This document shows, piece after piece, positions 18,461 through 27,435 of a stretch of DNA of 64,000 bases. The stretch is from a virus: positions 64,001 through 128,000 of the IMG/VR virus record IMGVR_UViG_3300031992_000005. One strand, written 5' to 3'. The position numbers and the translations under genes are program-made. Position 1 is the first letter of the stretch, and each line of letters starts with the position of its first letter. The notes beneath the pieces are model-generated. The model saw only the letters and a program-made list of their open reading frames with translations, was not told the DNA's origin and did no database searches.

Positions 18461-18505
18461 AGATTATGATAATAACAGAGAGGAAATCTTCAAATTAGGG
18501 AAGAA

Positions 18506-18856
18506 ATGGCTACAAAACAAGCCATTGCCGAAGATTATGACCTAGACAATATCATCACTAATGACATGGGTGAGATATGGCATGAGGTTGGTGGTCAGGA
18601 TGGCATGTACGATAATTTCCCAATCAAGAGGGTGTATCGTGACAATGGAACTGTCAGAGTATATGCTATTGATAGTGGAGGTGGAGTTGCCATTATTGCA
18701 GGGAAAAATCAGTTTCAGATTCTTACACTTGGAGAAGATGACGGCTGGCACTTTCTTAATTCACGTAGAATATATGAAACATTCTATGGTAGTAAAACGG
18801 ACTTTGTTTATCTGATTTCAGAAGCATTGTCTTTATTTAATAATATCGAATTATAA
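18506..18856 (+). CDS. hypothetical protein (116 aa)
   Basis: ATG ORF. The overlapping frames 18542..18751(-) and 18561..18815 are judged spurious. Confidence 0.5.
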   Translation: MATKQAIAEDYDLDNIITNDMGEIWHEVGGQDGMYDNFPIKRVYRDNGTVRVYAIDSGGGVAIIAGKNQFQILTLGEDDGWHFLNSRRIYETFYGSKTDFVYLISEALSLFNNIEL

Positions 18857-18879
18857 AAAATACGAATTAGAAAATCAAT

Positions 18880-19038
18880 ATGAAAAAAGTATTAATCAGT
18901 ATTTATCATTTTTTCTTCAAGAGGAAAAGATGCAAACATTGTGGGTGTGAATTACATAAATATAACACTTACAAGAATGGTTGGAAAGACTATTGCTGTG
19001 ATTGTGAAGACTTTTGTAGATATACTGGTAATTTATAA
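18880..19038 (+). CDS. Cys-rich mini-protein (52 aa)
   Basis: Hand-translated as MKKVLISIYHFFFKRKRCKHCGCELHKYNTYKNGWKDYCCDCEDFCRYTGNL*. It has 8 Cys. Confidence 0.35.
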   Translation: MKKVLISIYHFFFKRKRCKHCGCELHKYNTYKNGWKDYCCDCEDFCRYTGNL

Positions 19039-19043
19039 TAACA

Positions 19044-19337
19044 ATGAAAACAATTAAAACTCCTAAATACAAGCATTCTAATAATGGAACACCTTATGAA
19101 CATTTAGGGAATAAGGATGAAAGAAAAGAAGCAAGAAAATTTGTTAAATCATTGAGGCACAAATTATTGCTTAATATTCCATTGTCTGACGCTGAAAAAA
19201 GTATTGTAGAAGAGTTTGAAATCACAAAAGATTATAAACTCGATACAAATCACGACGTAATTATCTACAGAGAATTTAAAAATTACGATAATGAAAGGTG
19301 GGTTAATGAAGATGAAATTTATAATTCTAAGAATTAA
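19044..19337 (+). CDS. hypothetical protein (97 aa)
   Basis: ATG ORF in the gene train. Confidence 0.5.
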   Translation: MKTIKTPKYKHSNNGTPYEHLGNKDERKEARKFVKSLRHKLLLNIPLSDAEKSIVEEFEITKDYKLDTNHDVIIYREFKNYDNERWVNEDEIYNSKN

Positions 19338-19345
19338 TAAAGGTT

Positions 19346-19786
19346 ATGTACGACGAAAAATTTATAGATGTTTTTAACGAACATTATCCATTTGAAAGAT
19401 ATATCGTTAAGACTCCAAAAGCAGTGGGATTGCTATTTGACGACGCATTATTAACTGAAATATTTATTCCAGATGCTGAGGAAAAAGCTAATCGTCCTTA
19501 CCTAAATAAAGACAAAATTAGCATAAAAATACAAGGTCCTGCTGGGGAAATGAGATTCTGGTTCTATGACTTCGAAGAACATATTCGCCTAAATATTATT
19601 AGAATTATAATAGAGGATATTGGAGATTATCAATATGAGTGTTTATATATTGATAACGAAGATATGGAACCGTTAATAGATGAACTCAAAACTCAAAAGT
19701 CATTAATAGAAAAGAAATATAATATTTGTAAAATAAAACAAAACCTAGTAGACAAAAGTTTTGCAGACGAATCAATCTATAAATAA
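19346..19786 (+). CDS. hypothetical protein (146 aa)
   Basis: ATG ORF in the gene train. Confidence 0.5.
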   Translation: MYDEKFIDVFNEHYPFERYIVKTPKAVGLLFDDALLTEIFIPDAEEKANRPYLNKDKISIKIQGPAGEMRFWFYDFEEHIRLNIIRIIIEDIGDYQYECLYIDNEDMEPLIDELKTQKSLIEKKYNICKIKQNLVDKSFADESIYK

Positions 19787-19788
19787 CT

Positions 19789-20250
19789 ATGACTCAAACC
19801 AAATTAACCGAACAAGGTAAGCAGTTACTCTTAATGGATCTCTGTGCGAGGTTGCCTTATGGAGTAATGTGCGATATGGGATTAAAACATCCATTGCAAT
19901 TACAAAGAATTCTTGTGGATAAACTTGATGGTAATTTACTGGATTTTTATGAAGATGGTAATGATTATCAAGTATATTTAAGTGAAGTTAAGCCATATCT
20001 CCGTTCAATGTCAAGTATGACAAAGGAAGAAAGTATAGAATTACAAACGATTCTAAATGATTGGTGGAATAAAGAGCTTTTTACATTAACAGAAGAACCA
20101 ATGATAGAATATGCATTGTCTTCTATTAATTATACTCTTAATCCTACATTGTTTGATTGGCTTAATAAGAAACATTTTGATTATCGTGGGCTTATTAAAA
20201 AAGGCCTTGCTATAAAAGTAACGGAAGAGAATAATCCTTATAAACTATGA
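19789..20250 (+). CDS. FamA paralog (153 aa)
   Basis: LLLMDLCARLPYGV / KPYLRSMSSMTKEE / DWLNKKHFDYRGLIKKGLAIKVTEENNPYKL. Confidence 0.7.
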   Translation: MTQTKLTEQGKQLLLMDLCARLPYGVMCDMGLKHPLQLQRILVDKLDGNLLDFYEDGNDYQVYLSEVKPYLRSMSSMTKEESIELQTILNDWWNKELFTLTEEPMIEYALSSINYTLNPTLFDWLNKKHFDYRGLIKKGLAIKVTEENNPYKL

Positions 20251-20675
20251 CAGAACAAGGTAAGCAGTTACTCTTGATAGATCTTTGTGCAAGATTACCT
20301 TATGGAGTAAAAGTATGGTATAAATATGGTGCATGGTTTTCTGAAAAGTTTGCAACATCAATAAGATTGGCTGATGAAAAAATTGCCCTTTCCTCTAAAT
20401 TCAATAAAGAAGGCGATTGGTTTCCCATCGAAGAAGCAGGGAAAATTCTAATTAAACCTTATCTCCGTCCGATGTCAAGTATGACTGAGGAAGAAAAAGT
20501 TCAATTATCTCAATATGCTTGCATTGGAGAAGATTTAAATGGAGAATTTATAGACGAAGTACAAAGAAAGGATTGTGCGCCATATATTGATTGGCTCAAT
20601 AAACACCACTTTGACTATCATGGGTTGATTGAGAAGGGTTTAGCGTTAGAAGCACCAAAAGGAATGTATAACTAA
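20247..20675 (+). CDS. FamA paralog (142 aa)
   Basis: LLLIDLCARLPYGV / KPYLRPMSSMTEEE / DWLNKHHFDYHGLIEKGLALEAPKGMYN. Confidence 0.7.
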   Translation: MTEQGKQLLLIDLCARLPYGVKVWYKYGAWFSEKFATSIRLADEKIALSSKFNKEGDWFPIEEAGKILIKPYLRPMSSMTEEEKVQLSQYACIGEDLNGEFIDEVQRKDCAPYIDWLNKHHFDYHGLIEKGLALEAPKGMYN

Positions 20676-20688
20676 AACTTACAAAAAG

Positions 20689-20805
20689 ATGCCTTATATA
20701 TATTTTCCTATTGAATTTTCTTCTTATGTAGATTATGTTAAATACCTAAAAGAAAAAAGTTTCGCTATTGACGTAACAGATGTAATTAACTCATATAAGT
20801 TATGA
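20689..20805 (+). pseudogene. FamA C-terminal relic (38 codons), possibly re-used as promoter/5' leader
   Basis: Translates to MPYIYFPIEFSSYVDYVKYLKEKSFAIDVTDVINSYKL*. The tail FAIDVTDVINSYKL parallels LAIEVTEENNPYKL and keeps the TTATGA junction with the next copy. Its first bases (gatgccttatatatat) also match the promoter motif. Confidence 0.35.
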
Positions 20806-21248
20806 CAGAAGAAGAAAAAGAAATATTGTTAAAAGACCTTTGTGGTAGATTACATTATAGAGTCCTTGTTAGTTACAAAGGCTTAATATACCCACTATTC
20901 AGTGTTGTCCCTACACAACATTTTCAAATCACGCTTGATAGTAGTAAATATTGTGGATTAGTGCATATCAGTCTTGATGATGATGGTGAAAAGCCAAAAC
21001 CTTATCTTCGTCCGATGTCAAGTATGACTGAGGAAGAGAAGAGGGAATATTTCTCATTTATTGGTGGTGTGAGACCATTTGACTGTGATTTTTCTGCATA
21101 TCCGATAGAGTACAAATTCGTTTATGAACATGATATAAATAGTTATATTGATTGGCTCAACAAACACCACTTTGACTATCGTGGATTAATTGAAAAAGGC
21201 CTCGCCATTGAAGCACTAGAAGGAATGTATAATTTAAAAATGGAATAA
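20802..21248 (+). CDS. FamA paralog (148 aa)
   Basis: ILLKDLCGRLHYRV / KPYLRPMSSMTEEE / DWLNKHHFDYRGLIEKGLAIEALEGMYN. Confidence 0.7.
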   Translation: MTEEEKEILLKDLCGRLHYRVLVSYKGLIYPLFSVVPTQHFQITLDSSKYCGLVHISLDDDGEKPKPYLRPMSSMTEEEKREYFSFIGGVRPFDCDFSAYPIEYKFVYEHDINSYIDWLNKHHFDYRGLIEKGLAIEALEGMYNLKME

Positions 21249-21252
21249 AATT

Positions 21253-21405
21253 ATGACTGTTCAAATAAATAAACCAAGATGGAAAAATAAAGAGTGGACG
21301 TTTAATTTAATTCCATATTTGTCAATAACAAAAATCTCTAACTTAGTTATTGCAATTAACATTGGATGGCTATTTTGGGGAATAACAATTAGTAATAATT
21401 TCTAA
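21253..21405 (+). CDS. small membrane protein (50 aa)
   Basis: Hand-translated as MTVQINKPRWKNKEWTFNLIPYLSITKISNLVIAINIGWLFWGITISNNF*. Confidence 0.3.
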   Translation: MTVQINKPRWKNKEWTFNLIPYLSITKISNLVIAINIGWLFWGITISNNF

Positions 21406-21411
21406 ATAATC

Positions 21412-21567
21412 ATGGAACAGAAAAGCAAAGAATTACTATTAAACCTTCTTTCAGAATTAAATGAGAAAGGTTTATTATATATCTATGACAAGGATGAATC
21501 AAATTACTCAATGGATTGGGTATTTTTCGACGGAGAAAAATTATGCATAAAAATTGAGAAAATCTAG
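21412..21567 (+). CDS. small hypothetical protein (51 aa)
   Basis: Hand-translated as MEQKSKELLLNLLSELNEKGLLYIY.. . Its N-terminus faintly echoes the FamA N block. Preferred over the antisense track ORF 21410..21691. Confidence 0.3.
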   Translation: MEQKSKELLLNLLSELNEKGLLYIYDKDESNYSMDWVFFDGEKLCIKIEKI

Positions 21568-21569
21568 TC

Positions 21570-21785
21570 ATGGAAGAATTATTATTCGATAACGTAATGG
21601 ACGGTGAATCATTGGTTAAAGATATATTAAATACTGATGGCGTAAGCTCTATCACGGACGATAATGGAAAATCGTATTGGTGGAATACCATTGATAAGAC
21701 AAGAAATTATCAAGTTAGGAAATATAAATATGATAGAGCACTCCAAGACTATTCAGTTATTTCATATAAAATAAAGGAATTGTAA
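21570..21785 (+). CDS. hypothetical protein (71 aa)
   Basis: ATG ORF in the gene train. Confidence 0.45.
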   Translation: MEELLFDNVMDGESLVKDILNTDGVSSITDDNGKSYWWNTIDKTRNYQVRKYKYDRALQDYSVISYKIKEL

Positions 21786-21795
21786 TAATTATATT

Positions 21796-22140
21796 ATGAT
21801 ACCGGAAAGTAAAAGGCTATTAATCACAGACCTCTGTGCAAGACTACCTTATGATACTATAGTTAGTGTTGCAGAAGGAGGGATTGATGGGGTTCAATGG
21901 AATAAGTCAACATTAAATTTCTATCTACTTCATCAGATCGAAGAGGAAGATGGTTGGGAATTCATTAAACCCTATCTACGTCCAATGGATGATATGACAG
22001 AGGAAGAATCTGAAGAATTTTCCAATATGGAAATCGTAGGTTACTCTAACTATGATTGGCTAAATGCCCATCACTTTGACTATAGAGGCCTTATCGAAAA
22101 AGGACTTGCAATAGATTGTACTGGTTTAAATATTTACTAA
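21796..22140 (+). CDS. FamA paralog (114 aa)
   Basis: LLITDLCARLPYDT / KPYLRPMDDMTEEE / DWLNAHHFDYRGLIEKGLAIDCTGLNIY. Confidence 0.7.
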   Translation: MIPESKRLLITDLCARLPYDTIVSVAEGGIDGVQWNKSTLNFYLLHQIEEEDGWEFIKPYLRPMDDMTEEESEEFSNMEIVGYSNYDWLNAHHFDYRGLIEKGLAIDCTGLNIY

Positions 22141-22152
22141 AATTAAAAAACT

Positions 22153-22575
22153 ATGTCTAAAATTGGTACTTCAGCAGAACAATCTAAGAGACTCGTAGAA
22201 TTAGGAATTGATGTAAATACTGCTGATATGGCATTATGTGGTACACAATTATTAACAACAAGTTACGTATTAGCAAAAAAGAAATTTAGTAATGCTGGTG
22301 AAATCCCTATTGAACCTGCATGGAGTCTTTCTGCTTTGTTGGATTTGTTACCATGTAGCTTGTCTTTATATCCAGAAGCCACGGAAGAAGGAGTAAAAGA
22401 AGGTAAATATAGAAGCTCTGATTTAATTGCTTCAAAAGAAGGTTTTCTTAGAAAAAGATATGATGGCGATTATCAATACAGATACGATGGAATTAAAGTG
22501 GTAGGAGATTTTCAAAATCCTACTGATGCAGTATTTGAAATTATTTGTTGGTTAAAAGAAAATAATAAAATATGA
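22153..22575 (+). CDS. FamC protein (140 aa)
   Basis: AEQSKRLVELGIDVNTAD and PAWSLSALLDLLP. Paralog of 13663..14064. Confidence 0.55.
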   Translation: MSKIGTSAEQSKRLVELGIDVNTADMALCGTQLLTTSYVLAKKKFSNAGEIPIEPAWSLSALLDLLPCSLSLYPEATEEGVKEGKYRSSDLIASKEGFLRKRYDGDYQYRYDGIKVVGDFQNPTDAVFEIICWLKENNKI

Positions 22576-22976
22576 CACAAGAAGGAAAATTTCTTTTATT
22601 GAAAGACCTAAATGCAAGGTTGCCTTATGGAGTTTATGTAGAGCATACAACCACAAAAATAAGAGGCAAATTAAAGGGTATGATGTTTGAACATATCTAC
22701 AATGACACAGATTCTATTCAAGATATAAATGCTTGGGCAATGTTTTTCGGGGATGAATATGTGGATGCTACATATTTTAGGCCAATCTTACGTCCAATGT
22801 CAAGTATGACAGAGGAAGAAAGAAAGGAGTATAAGCATCTTGTAGCATTTAGTGGTAGTCCTGATGGAGCAACAAATTTTACAGACTGGCTAAATGCTAA
22901 TCACTTCGACTATAGAGGTCTTATTGAAAAGGGTTTAGCTATTGAAGTAACAGAAAAGAATAATCCATATAAATAG
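22572..22976 (+). CDS. FamA paralog (134 aa)
   Basis: LLLKDLNARLPYGV / RPILRPMSSMTEEE / DWLNANHFDYRGLIEKGLAIEVTEKNNPYK. Confidence 0.7.
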   Translation: MTQEGKFLLLKDLNARLPYGVYVEHTTTKIRGKLKGMMFEHIYNDTDSIQDINAWAMFFGDEYVDATYFRPILRPMSSMTEEERKEYKHLVAFSGSPDGATNFTDWLNANHFDYRGLIEKGLAIEVTEKNNPYK

Positions 22977-23021
22977 AAGGTTGTAAATTCCTTTTAGAAG
23001 CTATAAAACACTAATTTATAT

Positions 23022-23219
23022 ATGAAAAGAATATTACATTTTATTAGTTTTCCGTTTAGGATAATAGCGGAATATATAATAGCTTTTATACTATTTATGG
23101 TATACTTGTTACTTATCCTATCAAGTATTATTTACGAAATGGTTTATAATTGTTATGACGACATTAAAAGATATTATTCAATACTTAAAGAAAAAATCTG
23201 CAGTAAAATGCCAACCTAG
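23022..23219 (+). CDS. small membrane protein (65 aa)
   Basis: Hydrophobic core IIAFILFMVYLLLILSSIIY. Confidence 0.45.
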   Translation: MKRILHFISFPFRIIAEYIIAFILFMVYLLLILSSIIYEMVYNCYDDIKRYYSILKEKICSKMPT

Positions 23220-23325
23220 TATGGATGGCAGTAGAGAACAGTACTACGAAGGTAAAAAAGATGCTTACCTAGACTGTGCGGAAATTCTTGAAAAGTATTT
23301 ATCTCAATCATCAGATAAACTATGA
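23155..23325 (+). CDS. small hypothetical protein (56 aa)
   Basis: Hand-translated as MTTLKDIIQYLKKKSAVKCQPSMDGSREQYYEGKKDAYLDCAEILEKYLSQSSDKL*. ATGA-coupled to 23322. It overlaps the 3' end of 23022..23219. Confidence 0.3.
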   Translation: MTTLKDIIQYLKKKSAVKCQPSMDGSREQYYEGKKDAYLDCAEILEKYLSQSSDKL

Positions 23326-23669
23326 ATACTATAAAAATATTCGTCAAGAATTTATTTGGGTTACCGGTCACTAGAGTTGATGTCTTGAAACGGGCTAGAG
23401 ACTATAAATGGACTAGTGGTCTATGTATTGCCATCAAATGTGCTTTATGGGACTTTAATATTCCTACCGAACCTAAAAATGTTGTCTCGAAGTTGTATTT
23501 CCCAGAGTTCAATCGAAAAAGTGCACTAGTATTTGGCGCAGATCCTTACAGTGTATTTTGGTGGGAAGTACACAATTGGTCTACAGGTAGGGAAAGATAT
23601 TTAAATTACCTGATAAACTGTTATAAAGATGATAAAATTAATTTAAGAAAATTAGCATATGATGAATGA
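23322..23669 (+). CDS. FamB paralog (115 aa)
   Basis: LPVTRVDVLKRA..GLCIAI..FPEFNRKSALVFGA..WWEVHNWSTGRERYLNYLINCYKDDKINLRKL. Confidence 0.6.
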   Translation: MNTIKIFVKNLFGLPVTRVDVLKRARDYKWTSGLCIAIKCALWDFNIPTEPKNVVSKLYFPEFNRKSALVFGADPYSVFWWEVHNWSTGRERYLNYLINCYKDDKINLRKLAYDE

Positions 23670-24063
23670 TTGGAAATTAAAAATAAAGGGAGCTATAAAG
23701 AAGTTTATTTTGAAGATTATTCAAGTATATTTCTTTTATATACCCAAACCCGTAACGAGAGTTGAAGTTTTAAGGCGTGTAAAATCACTTAAAACTGGCA
23801 AAGGACTATGTGGAGGTTTACTCTATGTAATGGGGCAGGAATTTGATTTAGATATTTCTATATCTACTGCATTTCCACTATTCACTAATGAAAATGCACG
23901 AAAATTTGGAGCAAAACCAGTAGAAGAATTCATGTCGCGCTATGAATACTGGTGGAAAATGGGAAAATGGAATACTGGTAGAGAAGATTTTCTAGATTGG
24001 CTGATAGAACAGTATAAAGATGATACGACAAATCTAAGAAAATTAAAATACCATGAAGATTAA
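23659..24063 (+). CDS. FamB paralog (134 aa)
   Basis: PVTRVEVLRRV..GLCGGL..FPLFTNENARKFGA..WWKMGKWNTGREDFLDWLIEQYKDDTTNLRKL. Confidence 0.6.
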   Translation: MMNDWKLKIKGAIKKFILKIIQVYFFYIPKPVTRVEVLRRVKSLKTGKGLCGGLLYVMGQEFDLDISISTAFPLFTNENARKFGAKPVEEFMSRYEYWWKMGKWNTGREDFLDWLIEQYKDDTTNLRKLKYHED

Positions 24064-24433
24064 AGATTACCTAATAGTAGCACTAATACTGGCACTTTCT
24101 ACTCTAGCACTATTAATTATAGGATTTTTTATAGGAATTCCCGTATATCTTTTTCTAACTTGGAATATTTTTATAGGATGTGTCTTATCCTCTATTTACC
24201 TAATAGTCTTTTTTGAATTATTCTTTGGTTCTAAGGAAGAATATGTTGAATTTGAAGTAGGAGATGTATTGAAATACTTGGAAGAAGATGCTAGAACATG
24301 GCAAGGAAAAAACTATGTAATAGTAAAAAATATTGGTGAATTAGATGGGAAAAAGATCCTAGAATTTGAAGATGGTACTTGGGAATATGCACATAAAGCT
24401 AATCACAATTATTATAAAATAGGAAGAAAATGA
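24053..24433 (+). CDS. membrane protein (126 aa)
   Basis: Two N-terminal TM helices and a soluble C-terminal half. Confidence 0.5.
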   Translation: MKIKDYLIVALILALSTLALLIIGFFIGIPVYLFLTWNIFIGCVLSSIYLIVFFELFFGSKEEYVEFEVGDVLKYLEEDARTWQGKNYVIVKNIGELDGKKILEFEDGTWEYAHKANHNYYKIGRK

Positions 24434-24936
24434 ATAAGAAAAAAGTACTATTTGCCGACTTAGATGGAACATTAATCGAGACGGCAACAGGAAAAACATT
24501 TCCTCTTGGTATCTGGGATATGAAATTTAAGTTTGATGTCCTAGATGCTATAAAAAAGTATAACTTCGAAGGTTTAATAATCGTCACTAATCAAGGTGGC
24601 ATTGAAAAAGGATTAGTTAATGAGAAACACTTTGTAAAAGCAAAGATGGCTTATGTAACTAAATCTTTGGAAGAATATTTACATATTCCAGTCAAATTTG
24701 TTTACTGTGCGTCCAATGACAAGGATTGTGGGCATAGAAAACCTAATACCGGTATGTTAGAAAACGCTTATTGGAAGTTCATTATTAATCAATGGAAAAT
24801 GAATATCAATAAAAGTGATATGCTTATGATAGGTGATGCTAGTGGTAAACCTGGCCAATTCTCTGATTCAGATAAAAAGACCGCAGAGAATTATGGCATT
24901 GACTATATGGATATCGAAGATTTTAAGGCTCTCTAG
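24430..24936 (+). CDS. HAD-superfamily (IIIA-like, PNKP/GmhB-type) phosphatase
   Basis: Motif I FADLDGTL, motif II VTNQGG, motif III RKPNTGM and motif IV GDASG..SDSD, in canonical order. Confidence 0.7.
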   Translation: MNKKKVLFADLDGTLIETATGKTFPLGIWDMKFKFDVLDAIKKYNFEGLIIVTNQGGIEKGLVNEKHFVKAKMAYVTKSLEEYLHIPVKFVYCASNDKDCGHRKPNTGMLENAYWKFIINQWKMNINKSDMLMIGDASGKPGQFSDSDKKTAENYGIDYMDIEDFKAL

Positions 24937-24960
24937 AAATAGAGAGCTTTTTATTTTTTC
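24928..24960 (+). terminator. intrinsic terminator
   Basis: gctctct-agaaat-agagagc followed by TTTTTATTTTTT. Confidence 0.6.
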
Positions 24961-25018
24961 AAAGGCCTAATTCTTTAATTATATAAAGATTTATTAATTA
25001 ATTTAAAACAGAAAATTT

Positions 25019-25402
25019 ATGTTAGAAATGTATTTACTTAGCAGAATTGGAGCAATTCATACTGCATTATGTTGGTTAACAATTGGATTATTCCTTGCCT
25101 GGATAATCTGTTGGTTCATGATCGCTCTTCGGGAAGACTTCTCCGATGAACATGTCTTTGATGAAGATCAGAGAGCTAGATTAAAGAAAAACGCAAAAAA
25201 GTTACTGTACTCACTTGTGGTTTCTTTTTTGATACTAGTGGTAACACCAACAGAGAAAGATGCATACTTGATTTATGGTCTTGGTGGTACCATAGATTAC
25301 ATACAATCAAACGATAAGGCAAAACAGATTCCAGACAAATGTATAGAAGCATTAAATACTTGGCTAGATAAAATACAACCAGAAGAAACGTCAGATAAAT
25401 AA
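25019..25402 (+). CDS. membrane protein (127 aa)
   Basis: Two or three hydrophobic helices (ALCWLTIGLFLAWIICWFMI, LLYSLVVSFLILVV). Confidence 0.5.
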   Translation: MLEMYLLSRIGAIHTALCWLTIGLFLAWIICWFMIALREDFSDEHVFDEDQRARLKKNAKKLLYSLVVSFLILVVTPTEKDAYLIYGLGGTIDYIQSNDKAKQIPDKCIEALNTWLDKIQPEETSDK

Positions 25403-25406
25403 AGCT

Positions 25407-25670
25407 ATGGACAGGAAGAAAAGATTTGAAGAAAAATACGGAAGCAGTGAAGTGAAATTACATCACAGCGTTCTAACTATTCATGACTGCCGCTCAGACC
25501 CATTTAGTTCCGGAGAAAATGGATACCTAGAGAAAGTCCGGGTTAGAAACGGTAAGTTTGAATTCTACCACGATTGGTGGAGTTATGGCTGGATCACTGA
25601 AGATGAGGTCCTGGATAAATATCCGAACGCTTATTGCCAAGTGAATCTAGAAGTCAATAGCTTATTATGA
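25407..25670 (+). CDS. hypothetical protein (87 aa)
   Basis: ATG ORF in the gene train. Confidence 0.5.
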   Translation: MDRKKRFEEKYGSSEVKLHHSVLTIHDCRSDPFSSGENGYLEKVRVRNGKFEFYHDWWSYGWITEDEVLDKYPNAYCQVNLEVNSLL

Positions 25671-25939
25671 GACGAATAATGCTTATAACACTCTTAATTA
25701 TACTCTTCCTAATACTGTTTCACTATGCAGTTAGAAAAGAGTATAATAATATTGAAGATTATAGAGGTTATACAGTATTAGATAAGTTAGCTACAGACGA
25801 CGCCTATATGTTAGCTATAAAAGTAGACACACCAATCCACCGTGAGTTTATCGGATACGAATATGAAATTATTATGCCTTGTGCAATAGTTTCAAAAACG
25901 GATTTCGATAAGTACAATATAGGAGATACTATCAGATGA
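25667..25939 (+). CDS. hypothetical protein with N-terminal TM helix (90 aa)
   Basis: ATGA-coupled. N-terminal ITLLIILFLILF. Confidence 0.5.
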   Translation: MRRIMLITLLIILFLILFHYAVRKEYNNIEDYRGYTVLDKLATDDAYMLAIKVDTPIHREFIGYEYEIIMPCAIVSKTDFDKYNIGDTIR

Positions 25940-26331
25940 AAATAAAAATAGAAACAGAAGGAGTAGTGATAGGTTCAAGGACTTTGCCAGAATTTAAGTT
26001 TCAAGTTCTGAACTTTATGAGTATGTTATGGGACAATATTACTAACCCTGATTGGGGAAAATCTAGTGATCCCGATCCCCATTATATTCGTAGCTATACT
26101 TATGCAAATTTTCACGTCGCAATTAATAATCTAAAATTTGAATTAGGGCGATTGGAAAAAGAAACCGGTATCCCTGCCTGTGAAGAACAGGAAATGATAA
26201 CTAGGATGAAATGTTTAGGTGGCGGTAACGGTAGAACTGAAGAGATTTGGACTAAACTCCTAAAAGATCTTACAAAAAAGTACAACTTAAAATACAAATT
26301 AAATGGTAACCGAAGTACAAATAGTAGATAA
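25936..26331 (+). CDS. hypothetical protein (131 aa)
   Basis: ATGA-coupled ORF. Confidence 0.5.
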   Translation: MKIKIETEGVVIGSRTLPEFKFQVLNFMSMLWDNITNPDWGKSSDPDPHYIRSYTYANFHVAINNLKFELGRLEKETGIPACEEQEMITRMKCLGGGNGRTEEIWTKLLKDLTKKYNLKYKLNGNRSTNSR

Positions 26332-27064
26332 CACTAAATCGCCAATTGGTTATTTATCCACCTTGGAGAACTTCAAAAATGGTACGGTATATAAGTTCAA
26401 TAAAGGGGTAAACATTATAGTTGGTGAAAATGGAAGTGGTAAATCTACACTACTAAATCTTATTAGATACTACCTCTTAGTAGGAGAAAAAGAGTGTGAT
26501 AAAGGATTATATAACTCCAATATCAATCGATTGTACGGTTTAGATAGTTTATTCTCTGATGGAGTTAGTGTATTCGCTGACTATAAGAAAAATGTATTCA
26601 GACTTTGTCATGAAGATGAGACATCAATAGATAACACTCCCGATTTTGATTCTTTCGGAACTTATTTCGCACAGAAACAATCATCTACTGGTGAAAGCGT
26701 TAATATAGCACTGAGATCTCTTATTCGGAGAATGTACAGTAAAGATGCTAAGCTGTATTATGATTTTTCATTAAAAGAGATGTATCCTAAGTACACCGAA
26801 TATATTGAGAAACATAGGATTGACGATGACGAGGAGTGGACAATCTTAATGGATGAACCTGACAGAAACCTTGATATCAATAATATCAAAGAAGTTCAGG
26901 GGATTCTTTCCTTTCACAAGGAACAGACTCAGGTCATCGCTGTTATACACAATCCATTAATGATCTATTCGTTATCCAAGTGCAAGGACATTAACTTCAT
27001 AGAGTTAACGGATGGATATATTAATAATGTATGTAGAATCATTAACGAGATTGTAAGGGAATGA
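26303..27064 (+). CDS. ABC/SMC-type (AAA_15/21-like) ATPase (253 aa)
   Basis: Walker A GENGSGKST, signature-like QSSTGES, Walker B ILMDEPDRNLD and H-loop VIAVIHNP. Confidence 0.65.
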   Translation: MVTEVQIVDNTKSPIGYLSTLENFKNGTVYKFNKGVNIIVGENGSGKSTLLNLIRYYLLVGEKECDKGLYNSNINRLYGLDSLFSDGVSVFADYKKNVFRLCHEDETSIDNTPDFDSFGTYFAQKQSSTGESVNIALRSLIRRMYSKDAKLYYDFSLKEMYPKYTEYIEKHRIDDDEEWTILMDEPDRNLDINNIKEVQGILSFHKEQTQVIAVIHNPLMIYSLSKCKDINFIELTDGYINNVCRIINEIVRE

Positions 27065-27435
27065 ATACAGATACAGAGGCTTATCATCAATCTGAGCAAT
27101 ATGATGGTATTGAAGGAAGTTATTATGCACATACCACTCTCTACTCTAGAGTAAGAAGGAGAAAATTTATTGCCGAGAAAGAAAAGCGTTTTTCAAAAAA
27201 AGATAAGGAGAAATTTGTTATTACGCAAACTCCTAGAAAAAATACTGCGGTGGTAAAAACTCTCTACTTAGTTGATAGGAGTAAGACAAGAAGATTTTGG
27301 TGGTCACACGATGCCTATTTTGCAAAGAAATTTGATAGTGAAAGTGAGGCAATGAATAAAGCATTGAAATATAAATATAATAATTGTAGGGTAATTAAAA
27401 TAGAAAATATCATCAATGGGAAAAATAGCAGATAG
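27061..27435 (+). CDS. hypothetical basic protein (124 aa)
   Basis: ATGA-coupled ORF. Confidence 0.5.
   Translation: MNTDTEAYHQSEQYDGIEGSYYAHTTLYSRVRRRKFIAEKEKRFSKKDKEKFVITQTPRKNTAVVKTLYLVDRSKTRRFWWSHDAYFAKKFDSESEAMNKALKYKYNNCRVIKIENIINGKNSR

Noticed and set aside
13060-22976. Diversity-generating retroelement as the source of FamA variability
   Set aside because: No reverse transcriptase gene and no template/variable repeat pair are present in the window. Variation consists of unalignable inserts of different length rather than adenine-specific substitutions.
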